This document shows, in pieces, positions 56,236-64,000 of a stretch of DNA of 64,000 nt; the stretch's first letter is position 1, and each line of letters begins with the position of its first letter. Location of the stretch: NCBI GenBank assembly GCA_963739455.1, contig CAVUAK010000003.1, forward strand, positions 224,001 through 288,000, written 5' to 3'. The position numbers and the translations under genes are program-made. Below the pieces are notes generated by a model, which ran no database searches, was not told the DNA's origin, and saw only the letters and a program-made list of their open reading frames with translations. This DNA comes from an uncultured Gemmatimonadales bacterium. GTDB lineage: Bacteria; Gemmatimonadota; Gemmatimonadetes; Gemmatimonadales; GWC2-71-9.

Positions 56236-57096
56236 ATGACTTCACAGAACCAGGCGCGCCTCCAGCTGGTGTTCGCCGCACTGCTCTTCTCCACGGGCGG
56301 TGCGGCGATCAAGGCGTCCACGCTCTCGGGCTGGCAGGTCGCCAGCTTCCGCTCGGGTGTGGCCGCGTTGACGCTGCTGCTGCTCGTCCCGGCGACGCGG
56401 CGCGGCTGGGGATGGAAACCGGCGCTGGTGGGCACCACCTATGCGGCGACACTGATCCTTTTCGTCATCGCGAACAAGCTCACCACGTCGGCGAACGCCA
56501 TCTTCCTGCAGGCCACGTCGCCGCTGTACCTGCTGCTGCTTGGTCCGCTGTTCCTGAAGGAGCCGGTGCGCCGTCGCGACCTGCTGGTGGTGGCGGCAGT
56601 GCTGGCGGGGCTGGTGCTCTTCTTCGTCGGGAATGAGGCTCCGGTCGTGACGGCGCCCAACCCGGCGAAGGGAAATATCCTGGCGCTGATGAGCGGGGTC
56701 TCGTTCGCGGTGACGATCGCCGGGCTCCGGTGGCTGTCGCGCGAGTCGGCGGACGCGGGGCTGGCGACGGTGGCGCTCGGGAACCTGATCGCGTTCGTGT
56801 GGGGGCTGCCGTTCGCGCTGCCGGTGGTGTCGGCGACGGGGCTCGACTGGGTGGTGATCCTGTACCTCGGGGCGATCCAGATCGGGCTGGCATACGCGTG
56901 CCTGACACGCGGGCTGCGCAGCGTGCCGGCGCTGCAGGCGTCGCTGCTGCTCATGGTGGAACCGGTGCTGAACCCGGTGTGGGCATGGCTGGTGCACGGC
57001 GAGCGGCCGAGTCACTGGGCGCTGCTGGGAGGCGCACTGATCATCGGGGCGACAGCGACACAGGCGGTGGTGCAGGCGAGGGAGGAACCGGCGTGA
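56236..57096 (+). CDS. EamA/DMT family transporter
   Basis: Ten TM segments, KLTTSANAIFLQ, LFLKEP, EPVLNPVWAWLVHGERP. Confidence 0.9.
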   Translation: MTSQNQARLQLVFAALLFSTGGAAIKASTLSGWQVASFRSGVAALTLLLLVPATRRGWGWKPALVGTTYAATLILFVIANKLTTSANAIFLQATSPLYLLLLGPLFLKEPVRRRDLLVVAAVLAGLVLFFVGNEAPVVTAPNPAKGNILALMSGVSFAVTIAGLRWLSRESADAGLATVALGNLIAFVWGLPFALPVVSATGLDWVVILYLGAIQIGLAYACLTRGLRSVPALQASLLLMVEPVLNPVWAWLVHGERPSHWALLGGALIIGATATQAVVQAREEPA

Positions 57097-57738
57097 GCTT
57101 CATCCCGACGTTGATCGAGACGATCCGCATCAGGAATGGCGTGGCACCGCTCTGGTATCTGCACCTGCGCCGATTGAGCGAGAGCTGTCGCACGCTGGGA
57201 GTGCCGTTTCCGCTGAAGATGGACGTGCCGTCGGGCGGGCCTGACCGGGTCGTGAAGCTCGAGGTGGGTCCCCAGGGGATGACGGTGACGGAACGGCCGC
57301 TGGAGTTGTCGGCCAGTGTCCGGCTGGCCACGGTGCCGCACGGTGCACCCGCCGTATCCGCACAAGACGACGGCGCGGGAGGCGTTCCTCAAGGCCCGGC
57401 AGCGAGGCGGCCGATGCGGGGGCGGATGATGCGCTGCTGCTGACGGCGAGCGGGATGGTGGCCGAGTGCGGGATCTGGAGCCTGTTCTGGTGGGAGGGCG
57501 AGCCGGGTGGCAGGTCCCCCGCTGGGACTGGGGGTGCTGCGGGGCATCGCCAGGATGCGGATCGAGGAACTCAAGGGTAAGGTTGTGGAGCAAACGCTGT
57601 CCCGGGCGCAGCTTGAGGGCCGGGCGCTGTTCGTGGCAAATGCGGTTCGGGGGGTGGTCCCGGTGGTGGACCTGGATGGCTCAAAGGTGCCGGAGTCGCG
57701 GTATCTCAAGGACTTGGCTGCGCGCGTTCTGGCCTTGA
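57093..57738 (+). CDS. Class IV PLP aminotransferase / aminodeoxychorismate lyase-like; several frameshifts
   Basis: LIETIR, HLRRL, YPHKTT, DDALLL, LGVLRGIAR, FVANAVRGVVPV. Confidence 0.75.
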
Positions 57739-57762
57739 CCAAGCCAAAGCTGCGCTTACTTT
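57735..57762 (+). promoter_or_regulatory. Putative sigma70 promoter of the tRNA cluster
   Basis: TTGACC-N16-TACTTT upstream of tRNA-His. Confidence 0.5.
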
Positions 57763-57797
57763 TGGCTGCTCGACAGGGGACCGGCAGCCCCCTGCAT

Positions 57798-57872
57798 GGT
57801 GGCTGTAGCTCAATTGGTTAGAGCGCCGCACTGTGGCTGCGGAGGTTGCGGGTTCAATTCCCGTCAGTCACC
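57798..57872 (+). tRNA. tRNA-His (GTG), with G-1
   Basis: Acceptor GTGGCTG/CAGTCAC, anticodon arm CCGCA-CTGTGGC-TGCGG, T loop TTCAATT. Confidence 0.95.
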
Positions 57873-57914
57873 CTCTGAGTAGGGCTCGGCGCGATGAGCG
57901 CCGCCGGAATTCAG

Positions 57915-57987
57915 AGGTCCGTAGCTCAATTGGTAGAGCACCGGTCTCCAAAACCGGGGGTTGCAGGTTCGATTCCTGCCGGGCCTG
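57915..57987 (+). tRNA. tRNA-Trp (CCA)
   Basis: Acceptor AGGTCCG/CGGGCCT, anticodon arm CCGGT-CTCCAAA-ACCGG. Confidence 0.96.
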
Positions 57988-57995
57988 TGGTGGAT

Positions 57996-58078
57996 GAGTC
58001 GGCAGTGGGCAGCAAGCAGTCGTCAGTGAGTTAGTAGCTGCTCAGTACGGACGACTGATGACTCACGACTGACGACTC
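57996..58078. repeat. Head-to-head heptamer array (CAGTCGT / ACGACTG family) in the tRNA-Trp/tRNA-Glu spacer
   Basis: GAGTCGG CAGTGGG CAGCAAG CAGTCGT CAGTGAG ... ACGACTG ATGACTC ACGACTG ACGACTC. Confidence 0.8.
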
Positions 58079-58087
58079 AGTTTTGCT

Positions 58088-58160
<73 letters not shown>

Positions 58161-58192
58161 CTGCTGGAAAAATTGTTGGCGCGGGAAATCTG

Positions 58193-58264
58193 GGCCCCAT
58201 CGTCTATCGGTTAGGACGCGACCCTTTCAAGGTTGAAAGACGGGTTCGATTCCCGTTGGGGCTA
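58193..58264 (+). tRNA. tRNA-Glu (TTC)
   Basis: Acceptor GGCCCCA/TGGGGCT, anticodon arm CGACC-CTTTCAA-GGTTG. Confidence 0.95.
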
Positions 58265-58275
58265 TGGGAGTTCGC

Positions 58276-58348
58276 GCGGCGCTAGCTCAATTGGCAGAGC
58301 AAGTGACTCTTAATCACTAGGTTGTAGGTTCGATTCCTACGCGCCGCA
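58276..58348 (+). tRNA. tRNA-Lys (CTT)
   Basis: Acceptor GCGGCGC/GCGCCGC, anticodon arm AGTGA-CTCTTAA-TCACT. Confidence 0.95.
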
Positions 58349-58368
58349 TACATGAGTACTGAAGATTC

Positions 58369-58395
58369 AGGCTCCCTGACGGGGGCCTTTTTCTT
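58369..58395 (+). terminator. Rho-independent terminator of the tRNA cluster
   Basis: AGGCTCCC-TGAC-GGGGGCCT followed by TTTTCTT. Confidence 0.85.
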
Positions 58396-58423
58396 TGGGG
58401 ACGTCGAAGCGAAGTTCAACTTC

Positions 58424-59133
58424 ATGACGTGATCGACGCTATAGCGACGACGAGGTGGCGGCCATCTTCCAGAAGGCCGCCGAGAATCCGGCGACGCAGC
58501 CATCGGGAGTTTCGCGAAGCGAGGGACTTACGCTCGCGGATCTCCAGGAGATTGGGCGCGAGGTCGGCATTCCCGCCGAGGCCGTGGTGCTCGCCGCGCG
58601 ATCCCTCGATGTCGAGACGAATACACCGCCAGCGACGATGCTCGGGCTGCCGATGTCGGTCGAGCGTACCGTGGAGTTGAATCGGTGGCTGAGTGACGCG
58701 GAGTGGGAACGCCTGGTGGTGCAGCTGCGCGAAGTGTTCCGGGCCAAGGGCAGGATGAGCGCGTCGGGAACGTTTCGCCAATGGACGAACGGAAACCTGC
58801 AGGCACTGCTCGAGCCGACGGCGACGGGTCATCGGCTTCGCCTGCGCACGCTCAAGGGCTCGGCACGCGGCAGCATCGGCCTCGGTCTTCTCCTCATTGG
58901 TTCTTCTGTGGTGGTGGCGATCGCCGGCGCCGTGGCGGGACATCTCGGAAGCTCGATGCCGGGCGTCGCGCTTCTCTCGCTCATGGGCGTAGGCGCCGCG
59001 GCCTATGGTGCGCTGCCTCTCCCTCGCTGGGCGCGGTTGCGCGGCCAGCAGATGGATGCCATCGCCGCCGGTCTCCTCGCCCTGCCTACAGGTCCCCGGC
59101 CACCACCAGTCCCTGCCCCTCCCGAGCGACTGA
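58424..59133 (+). CDS. Hypothetical membrane protein (two C-terminal TM helices); ends uncertain because of frameshifts
   Basis: MT(D)RRYSDDEVAAIFQKAAE..GLTLADLQEIGREVGI, WERLVVQLREVF, two hydrophobic segments. Confidence 0.65.
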
Positions 59134-59150
59134 GCCCAGCGCGCGCTGCG

Positions 59151-59576
59151 TCAGGCTGGAAGCAAGCGGAATCCTTCGCGCCGAGCGGCATCGGCGAGAC
59201 GCGAATCAATGGTGACGAATTCGAGAGTGGCGGGACGATGCCCACTGGCCACGAGTGCGGCAGCGAGCTGGTGCGCGTCGGCGGAGCGCAGCGCGTGGAC
59301 GCGCAGGAGCCGCTCGGCCTGGTCGCGCACCTGCGGACTGGGCGCGATCTCGACCCATTGATCGGCGAGAACGTCGAGCCGAGCGCGCGCCTGAGCCATG
59401 CTGGGCCCGGTGATGCGGCGCTCGCGTTCGAGCCGGGCAAGGGCCGCGGCGCATTCGAGGCGGCTGCCCCACCAGGCGGCGACGGAGTGATCGGCCCGCA
59501 GGAGCGCCCCCAGCGCGCGCGTCTCCGGCTCCGGCACGATGAGCGGGATGAGTGCAGAGGAGTCCCAGAACTTCAT
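59151..59576 (-). CDS. vapC: VapC/PIN-domain toxin
   Basis: MKFWDSSALIPL, LECAAAL, LRSADAHQLAAAL, FVTIDSRLADAARREG. Confidence 0.9.
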   Translation of the reverse strand: MKFWDSSALIPLIVPEPETRALGALLRADHSVAAWWGSRLECAAALARLERERRITGPSMAQARARLDVLADQWVEIAPSPQVRDQAERLLRVHALRSADAHQLAAALVASGHRPATLEFVTIDSRLADAARREGFRLLPA

Positions 59577-59867
59577 CGGCCGCCCTCCCGTTCCTCGAGG
59601 AGGTAGTCCACGGCGCTCGGCCCGGCCACGACGGAGGGCATCGGGAAGCTCGAGGACGGAGGCGTCTGCAGGCTTCCGGGGCAGGGAAACCAGGCCATCA
59701 TCGACCAAGGCGAGGAGCCGGGCGTCCGACTGGTCGATTTCGCCTACCGGCTCAAGCCGGGCAACTGGGCGCCCTCGATCGGTAATAACAATGGTCTCAC
59801 CCTGCTGAACCTCGCGGATAAGGGCAGATAAACTATTCTTGGCTATGGAGATAGGTTCGTAGCGCAT
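59573..59867 (-). CDS. Phd/YefM-family antitoxin (one extra base near 59645 makes an apparent fusion with vapC)
   Basis: ISIAKNSLSALIREVQQGETIVITDRGRPVARLEP; the corrected C-terminus SAVDYLLEEREGGR* overlaps the vapC ATG as ATGA. Confidence 0.88.
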
Positions 59868-59945
59868 AAATAGCTATAATAGGCTAGAGAAAATGACTTA
59901 TAAGGCTAGAGTTAAGAGCTAGAAAATATAGGCTAATATAGCTTG
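59868..59945. promoter_or_regulatory. AT-rich promoter/operator of the TA pair with repeated GCTA motifs
   Basis: TAGCTAT, AGGCTAGA (x2), GAGCTAGA, AGGCTAAT and TAGCTT in about 75 bp. Confidence 0.55.
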
Positions 59946-60073
59946 TTTGCAATTCTGGTGCGATAGCCGACCTGCACAGCGCCCACCCTTGTCGGCGGGG
60001 CCGGACGGCGCAGTATTGAGTCGGTCAACGGGGCTGTCTTCCCACCTTTCCTTCCTCTTCACCTCCCGGGCGC

Positions 60074-62447
60074 ATGGAAGACTTCGAGAAGCTGGGTGCG
60101 TTCTACCTGGGCCGAGTCCAGGACCTTGCCGCGGGCAAGCGTACGGACGAGCTGGTCCTGTATGACTCCAAGGACCTGACCACGCATGCGGTGATCATCG
60201 GCATGACGGGGAGCGGCAAGACCGGGCTCGGCATCGGCCTCATCGAAGAGGCGGCTATCGACCGGATCCCGGTGATCGCGATCGATCCCAAGGGCGATCT
60301 CGGCAACCTGCTGCTCACCTTTCCCGAGCTGCGGCCCGCCGACTTCGAGCCGTGGGTCAGCATGCAGGAGGCCGAGGCGAAGGGGCTCACGCGAGAGAAG
60401 TTCGCGGAGGAGCAGGCATCGACGTGGGAGAAGGGGCTGGCGGACTGGGGCGAAGTCGGCCGACCGGATCAAGCGGCTCAGCGACGCAGCCGACTTCGCC
60501 ATCTACACGCCGGGCAGCACCGCCGGAACGCCAATCTCGGTGCTGCGCGGATTCACTGCGCCGCCGGAGGCGATCCGCAACGACGCCGATCTCTTCCGCG
60601 AGCGGCTGCAGACCACGGCGAGCAGCGTGCTGGCGCTGCTCGGCATCGATGCCGACCCGATCACGAGTCGCGAACACATCCTGGTGTCGAACATCCTCCA
60701 GCGCGCATGGACCGCCGGGAAGGACCTCGACCTGCCGGGACTGATCGGGCAGATCCAGAACCCGCCGTTCGAGAAGATCGGCGTGATGGAGGTGGACCAG
60801 GTCTTTCCCGCCAAGGATCGCACGGCGCTGGCGATGCAGGTCAACAACCTGCTCGCTGCGCCGGGCTTCGAGGCGTGGATGTCCGGGGTCCCGCTCGACG
60901 CCGCAGCACTGCTCTACACGCCGTCGGGGAAGCCGCGAGTGTCGGTGCTGTCGATCGCGCACCTGGGCGATGCGGAGCGGATGTTCTTCGTCTCCATGCT
61001 GCTCAACGAGTTGATCGGCTGGATGCGGCAGCAGCCGGGCACCGGATCGCTCCGCGCAATCCTCTACATGGACGAGATCTTCGGGTATCTCCCGCCCGTC
61101 GCCAGCCCGCCCACGAAGGCGCTGTTCCTGACGCTGCTCAAGCAGGCGCGCGCCTATGGCCTCGGGGTCGTGCTCGCCACCCAGAACCCGGTGGACCTCG
61201 ACTACAAGGCGCTGTCGAACGCCGGCACCTGGTGTATCGGGCGGTTGCAGACGGAGCGGGACAAGGCGCGCGTCATGGAGGGGCTCGAGGGTGCATCGGC
61301 GGGAGGGAACTTCGATCGCGGCGCGATGGAGCAGCTCATCGCCGGGCTGGGCAAGCGGGTGTTCCTCCTGCACAGCGTGCACGAGTCAAAGCCGACGATC
61401 TTCCAGACTCGCTGGACGATGTCATACCTTGCCGGCCCGCTGACGCGGGACCAGATCAAGAAGCTGACGCCGGCCGCCGAGGTGACAGGAGGCGCGGTGC
61501 CCGCGACGGCGGGGAAGTCACGCGCGGCACCTCCGGTAACCGATGGCGGTGCATCGGGCCCGCCCTCGGTGCCGGCGGGCATTCCGCAGTTTCACCTTCC
61601 CGCGGAGGGTGATGCGGCCTACAAGCCGAGACTGTTGGGTGTCGCGGATGTCACCATTGCGAGTGCCAAGTACGGGATCAACCGCACGGATCGCGTGTTG
61701 CACACCGTCGGGTTCGGTGATGGTCCGGTGCCGGTGGACTGGAGCACAGCCGATGTGCTTGAGGCGGACCTGGCATCGATCGGGAAGGGTGCGCCGGAGC
61801 AGGGGAGCTTTGCGCCGGTGCCCTCTGCCGCGCTCAAGGAGAAGAGCTACGCGGCATGGACCAAGTCGTACACGCAGTGGCTCAAGGCGAACGAAGTGAT
61901 CACGCTCTATCGGAGCGCGGCGTTGAAGATGACGTCAGAAGCGGGAGAGTCGGAGAAGGATTTCCGCATCCGTCTCCAGAACAACTCGCGGGAGCAGCGT
62001 GATGCCAAGGTCGAGGCGATCCGGCAGAAGTTTGCGGCAAAGCGGGCATCGCTGACGGACAGGCTGCAGCGCGCAGAGCAGCGAGTCCAGAAGGAGCAGT
62101 CGGAGCGGGGCGCCCAGATGGTAGGCACGATCGCGTCCATCGGCACGGCGGCTCTCGGGGCGTTCTTCGGGAAGAAGACGTTCAGTGCGGCGTCCGCGTC
62201 GCGCATGGGCACGGCGGTGCGCGGGGTGGGACGGATGCAGAAGGAATCAGGCGACGTGGCGCGGGCGAACGAGAGCGTCGAGACGGTGCGGCAGGCTCTT
62301 GCGGACCTGGATCAGGAAATCCAGGGCCAGGCCGGGGCGTTGCAGGGTGGCTTCGACGCGCAGGCGGAGGCGCTGGAAACGATCACCATCAAGCCGAAGG
62401 CGTCGGACGTGCAGGTGCACGAGGTGGGGCTGGTGTGGATGGCATGA
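60074..62447 (+). CDS. HerA/FtsK-superfamily (DUF87/DUF853-like) ATPase with C-terminal coiled coil; frameshift near 60455
   Basis: Walker [15 protein letters not shown], Walker [27 protein letters not shown]. Confidence 0.85.
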
Positions 62448-64000
62448 CCAGCGTCTGCGTCGGGAAGGCGAAGCTGCTCCCGTTGCGCTCGACGATGTCC
62501 AGTACCTGCAGCAGGAATTCCTGGTTGAGGTCACGGAACTCCATCGTGTCCTTGGCCAGGAACCACGCGATCATGCGGATGTTGAGCGCGTAGGCGCCGA
62601 GATTGTCGAGCCGCACGATGATCGTGTCCTGCCACACCTTCGGGTTCCCCTTCAGCGCTGCCTCGATCTCCTCGATGATCTGCCGCATCTGTGTCGCGGT
62701 GGTCCCGTAGACCAGCCCGATGACGGTGTTGAGGCGGAAGCGATCGCGCGCCGAGAACGACTCCAGCCGCATGTCAGCCAGGCGACCATTCGGGTAGCTG
62801 ATGATGGTGCGGTCGAAGGTGCGGATCCGGGTGGACCGGATGCCGACCTGCTCCACGGTGCCCTCCACATCCTCCACCTTGATCCAGTCTCCCACCTCGA
62901 ACGGCTTGTCGGCAACGATCGCGATGGAGCCGATGACGTTTTCCAGCGTCTTCTGTGCGCCGAGCGCGATCGCGATACCGCCAATGCCAAGGCCGGCGAG
63001 CAGCGTCCCGACCGGGATGTTGAACTGGGACAGCACCGCCGCGAACCCGAGAAAGCCGACAAGCACCTTGGCGAGACGGCCACCCAGCGGCGCGAGCGAC
63101 AGCACGTCGGCGCGCTGCGTGGCCCACGCGGAGGCGATGACGCGGGCCTCGATGACGCCGAGTGCGCGGATGAGGGCCCAGAAGAGCGAGGCGGTGACGG
63201 TTGCCTTGACCAGGCTGCCGATGAAGCTCTCGACGACCGCGTTGAGCTCGAGCCACGAGGTGATGGGCGTGACAAAGAGCGCAACGCAGAACAGCAGCAG
63301 CGGCGCGCGGAGCTGGGGGAGGAGGTCATCGTCCCAGGTGCCCGGTGTACGGCGAACAATCGCCTGCAGCGCCAGTGTCAGGATGCGCTGGACGGCAGTG
63401 CCCGCGAGGACGATGAGGGGAACCATGACGAGCAGTGCCAGCCACTGGTACCACTGCACCCGCAGGGGCCCGGTGCGCCGCAGCGGCTCGGGGAAGAGCT
63501 CGCGGATCCAGTTGTCCCCGAGGTCGGAATACCAGGTGTCGACCTGGCGCACGACGGACGGCGCGAATGCCCACCACGAGTTACCGTCACGCGTGACCTT
63601 GGTGAGGCGCACCGGTTCGTAGATGCCATTGGGACGAGGCACCACACCGACCTGGTCGAGCGCGCCCCTGAGACCGTCGGTGGTATCGCCCTCGGCGAGG
63701 GGGGAGAGCTGATCGAGGTCGATCCAGAGGTAGCGATCGAGCACCACCTTGAGGTGCTCGGCGAGCTCAGCGCCGCGCGCCGAGTCGGTCGGGCCGATGC
63801 TGAGGTAGTGCGCCGCGTCGTTCCACCGCCCGTCCCGAGCCAGCTGGAAAAACTTCTCCATCGACTGTCGAGGCGAACCGTTTTCCACCGCGGCAGGCGC
63901 AACTGTGCGCAGGGCGGAATCGGCATGCGGCACCGATTCGTGCTGGGTGCCGGTGCCGCCGAGGATCTTCGGCAGGCGGATCTGTGCCGCCGCAGGGGCG
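62389..64000 (-). CDS. MscS-family mechanosensitive channel with periplasmic N-terminal domain; start lies beyond the window
   Basis: LAGLGIGGIAIALGAQKTLEN, DKPFEVGDWI, GTVEQVGIRSTRIRT, PNG, FAFPTQTL; frame stays open to base 64000. Confidence 0.92.
   Translation of the reverse strand, partial: APAAAQIRLPKILGGTGTQHESVPHADSALRTVAPAAVENGSPRQSMEKFFQLARDGRWNDAAHYLSIGPTDSARGAELAEHLKVVLDRYLWIDLDQLSPLAEGDTTDGLRGALDQVGVVPRPNGIYEPVRLTKVTRDGNSWWAFAPSVVRQVDTWYSDLGDNWIRELFPEPLRRTGPLRVQWYQWLALLVMVPLIVLAGTAVQRILTLALQAIVRRTPGTWDDDLLPQLRAPLLLFCVALFVTPITSWLELNAVVESFIGSLVKATVTASLFWALIRALGVIEARVIASAWATQRADVLSLAPLGGRLAKVLVGFLGFAAVLSQFNIPVGTLLAGLGIGGIAIALGAQKTLENVIGSIAIVADKPFEVGDWIKVEDVEGTVEQVGIRSTRIRTFDRTIISYPNGRLADMRLESFSARDRFRLNTVIGLVYGTTATQMRQIIEEIEAALKGNPKVWQDTIIVRLDNLGAYALNIRMIAWFLAKDTMEFRDLNQEFLLQVLDIVERNGSSFAFPTQTLVMPSTPAPPRAPARPTPSA

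Noticed and set aside
58455..59606. 383-aa ORF extending across vapC
   Set aside because: The 3' part is the antisense of vapC; the real membrane protein probably ends near 59133.
59151..59867. Apparent 238-aa antitoxin-toxin fusion protein
   Set aside because: Removing one C near 59645 gives a normal antitoxin C-terminus ending in an ATGA overlap with vapC; indels are common in this part of the window.
58349..60073. Integrative element or prophage at the tRNA-Lys 3' end
   Set aside because: No integrase, and no duplicated tRNA 3' end (att site) seen in the window.

Overview
High-GC window, most likely from a phototrophic member of Gemmatimonadota. This is inferred from the order bchFNBHLM-[small ORF]-acsF-lhaA-split puhA and from the flanking genes. 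Bases 1-28 kb hold the right-hand part of an aerobic anoxygenic (type II reaction centre, bacteriochlorophyll a) photosynthesis gene cluster. On the minus strand are bchF-N-B-H-L-M, a BciE-like ORF with an extra N-terminal hydrophobic helix, acsF, lhaA and a reaction-centre H subunit split into two genes. On the plus strand are aerR and a cysteine-free ppsR. These are followed by a tightly packed run bchG-pucC-bciB-bchP-crtE-tspO that continues directly into C5-pathway tetrapyrrole genes (hemA as glutamyl-tRNA reductase, hemC, hemD, hemE, hemF), then a non-kinase BphP1-like bacteriophytochrome. PpsR boxes (TGT-N12-ACA) lie in the bchF/aerR spacer, over the bchG start and just upstream of bphP. 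The rest is ordinary chromosome: lipoprotein plus TonB-dependent receptor, arginase, cardiolipin synthase, SPFH plus RHH regulator, a sigma54-type minor pilin operon, a His/Cys-rich lipoprotein, HEAT plus HD-GYP, ECF sigma and anti-sigma, hppD-hmgA, tryptophanase, acyl-CoA oxidase, membrane proteins, five tRNAs, a Phd/VapC toxin-antitoxin pair, a HerA-like ATPase and MscS. Non-coding oddities include head-to-head 7/8-mer arrays (one inserted in frame in bchB, the same family between tRNAs) and an AT-rich 22-bp inverted repeat. Many genes beyond 32 kb carry single-base frameshifts that look like long-read assembly errors, so apparent fusions and pseudogenes there are treated cautiously. All product calls come from motif recognition by eye; no searches were run.
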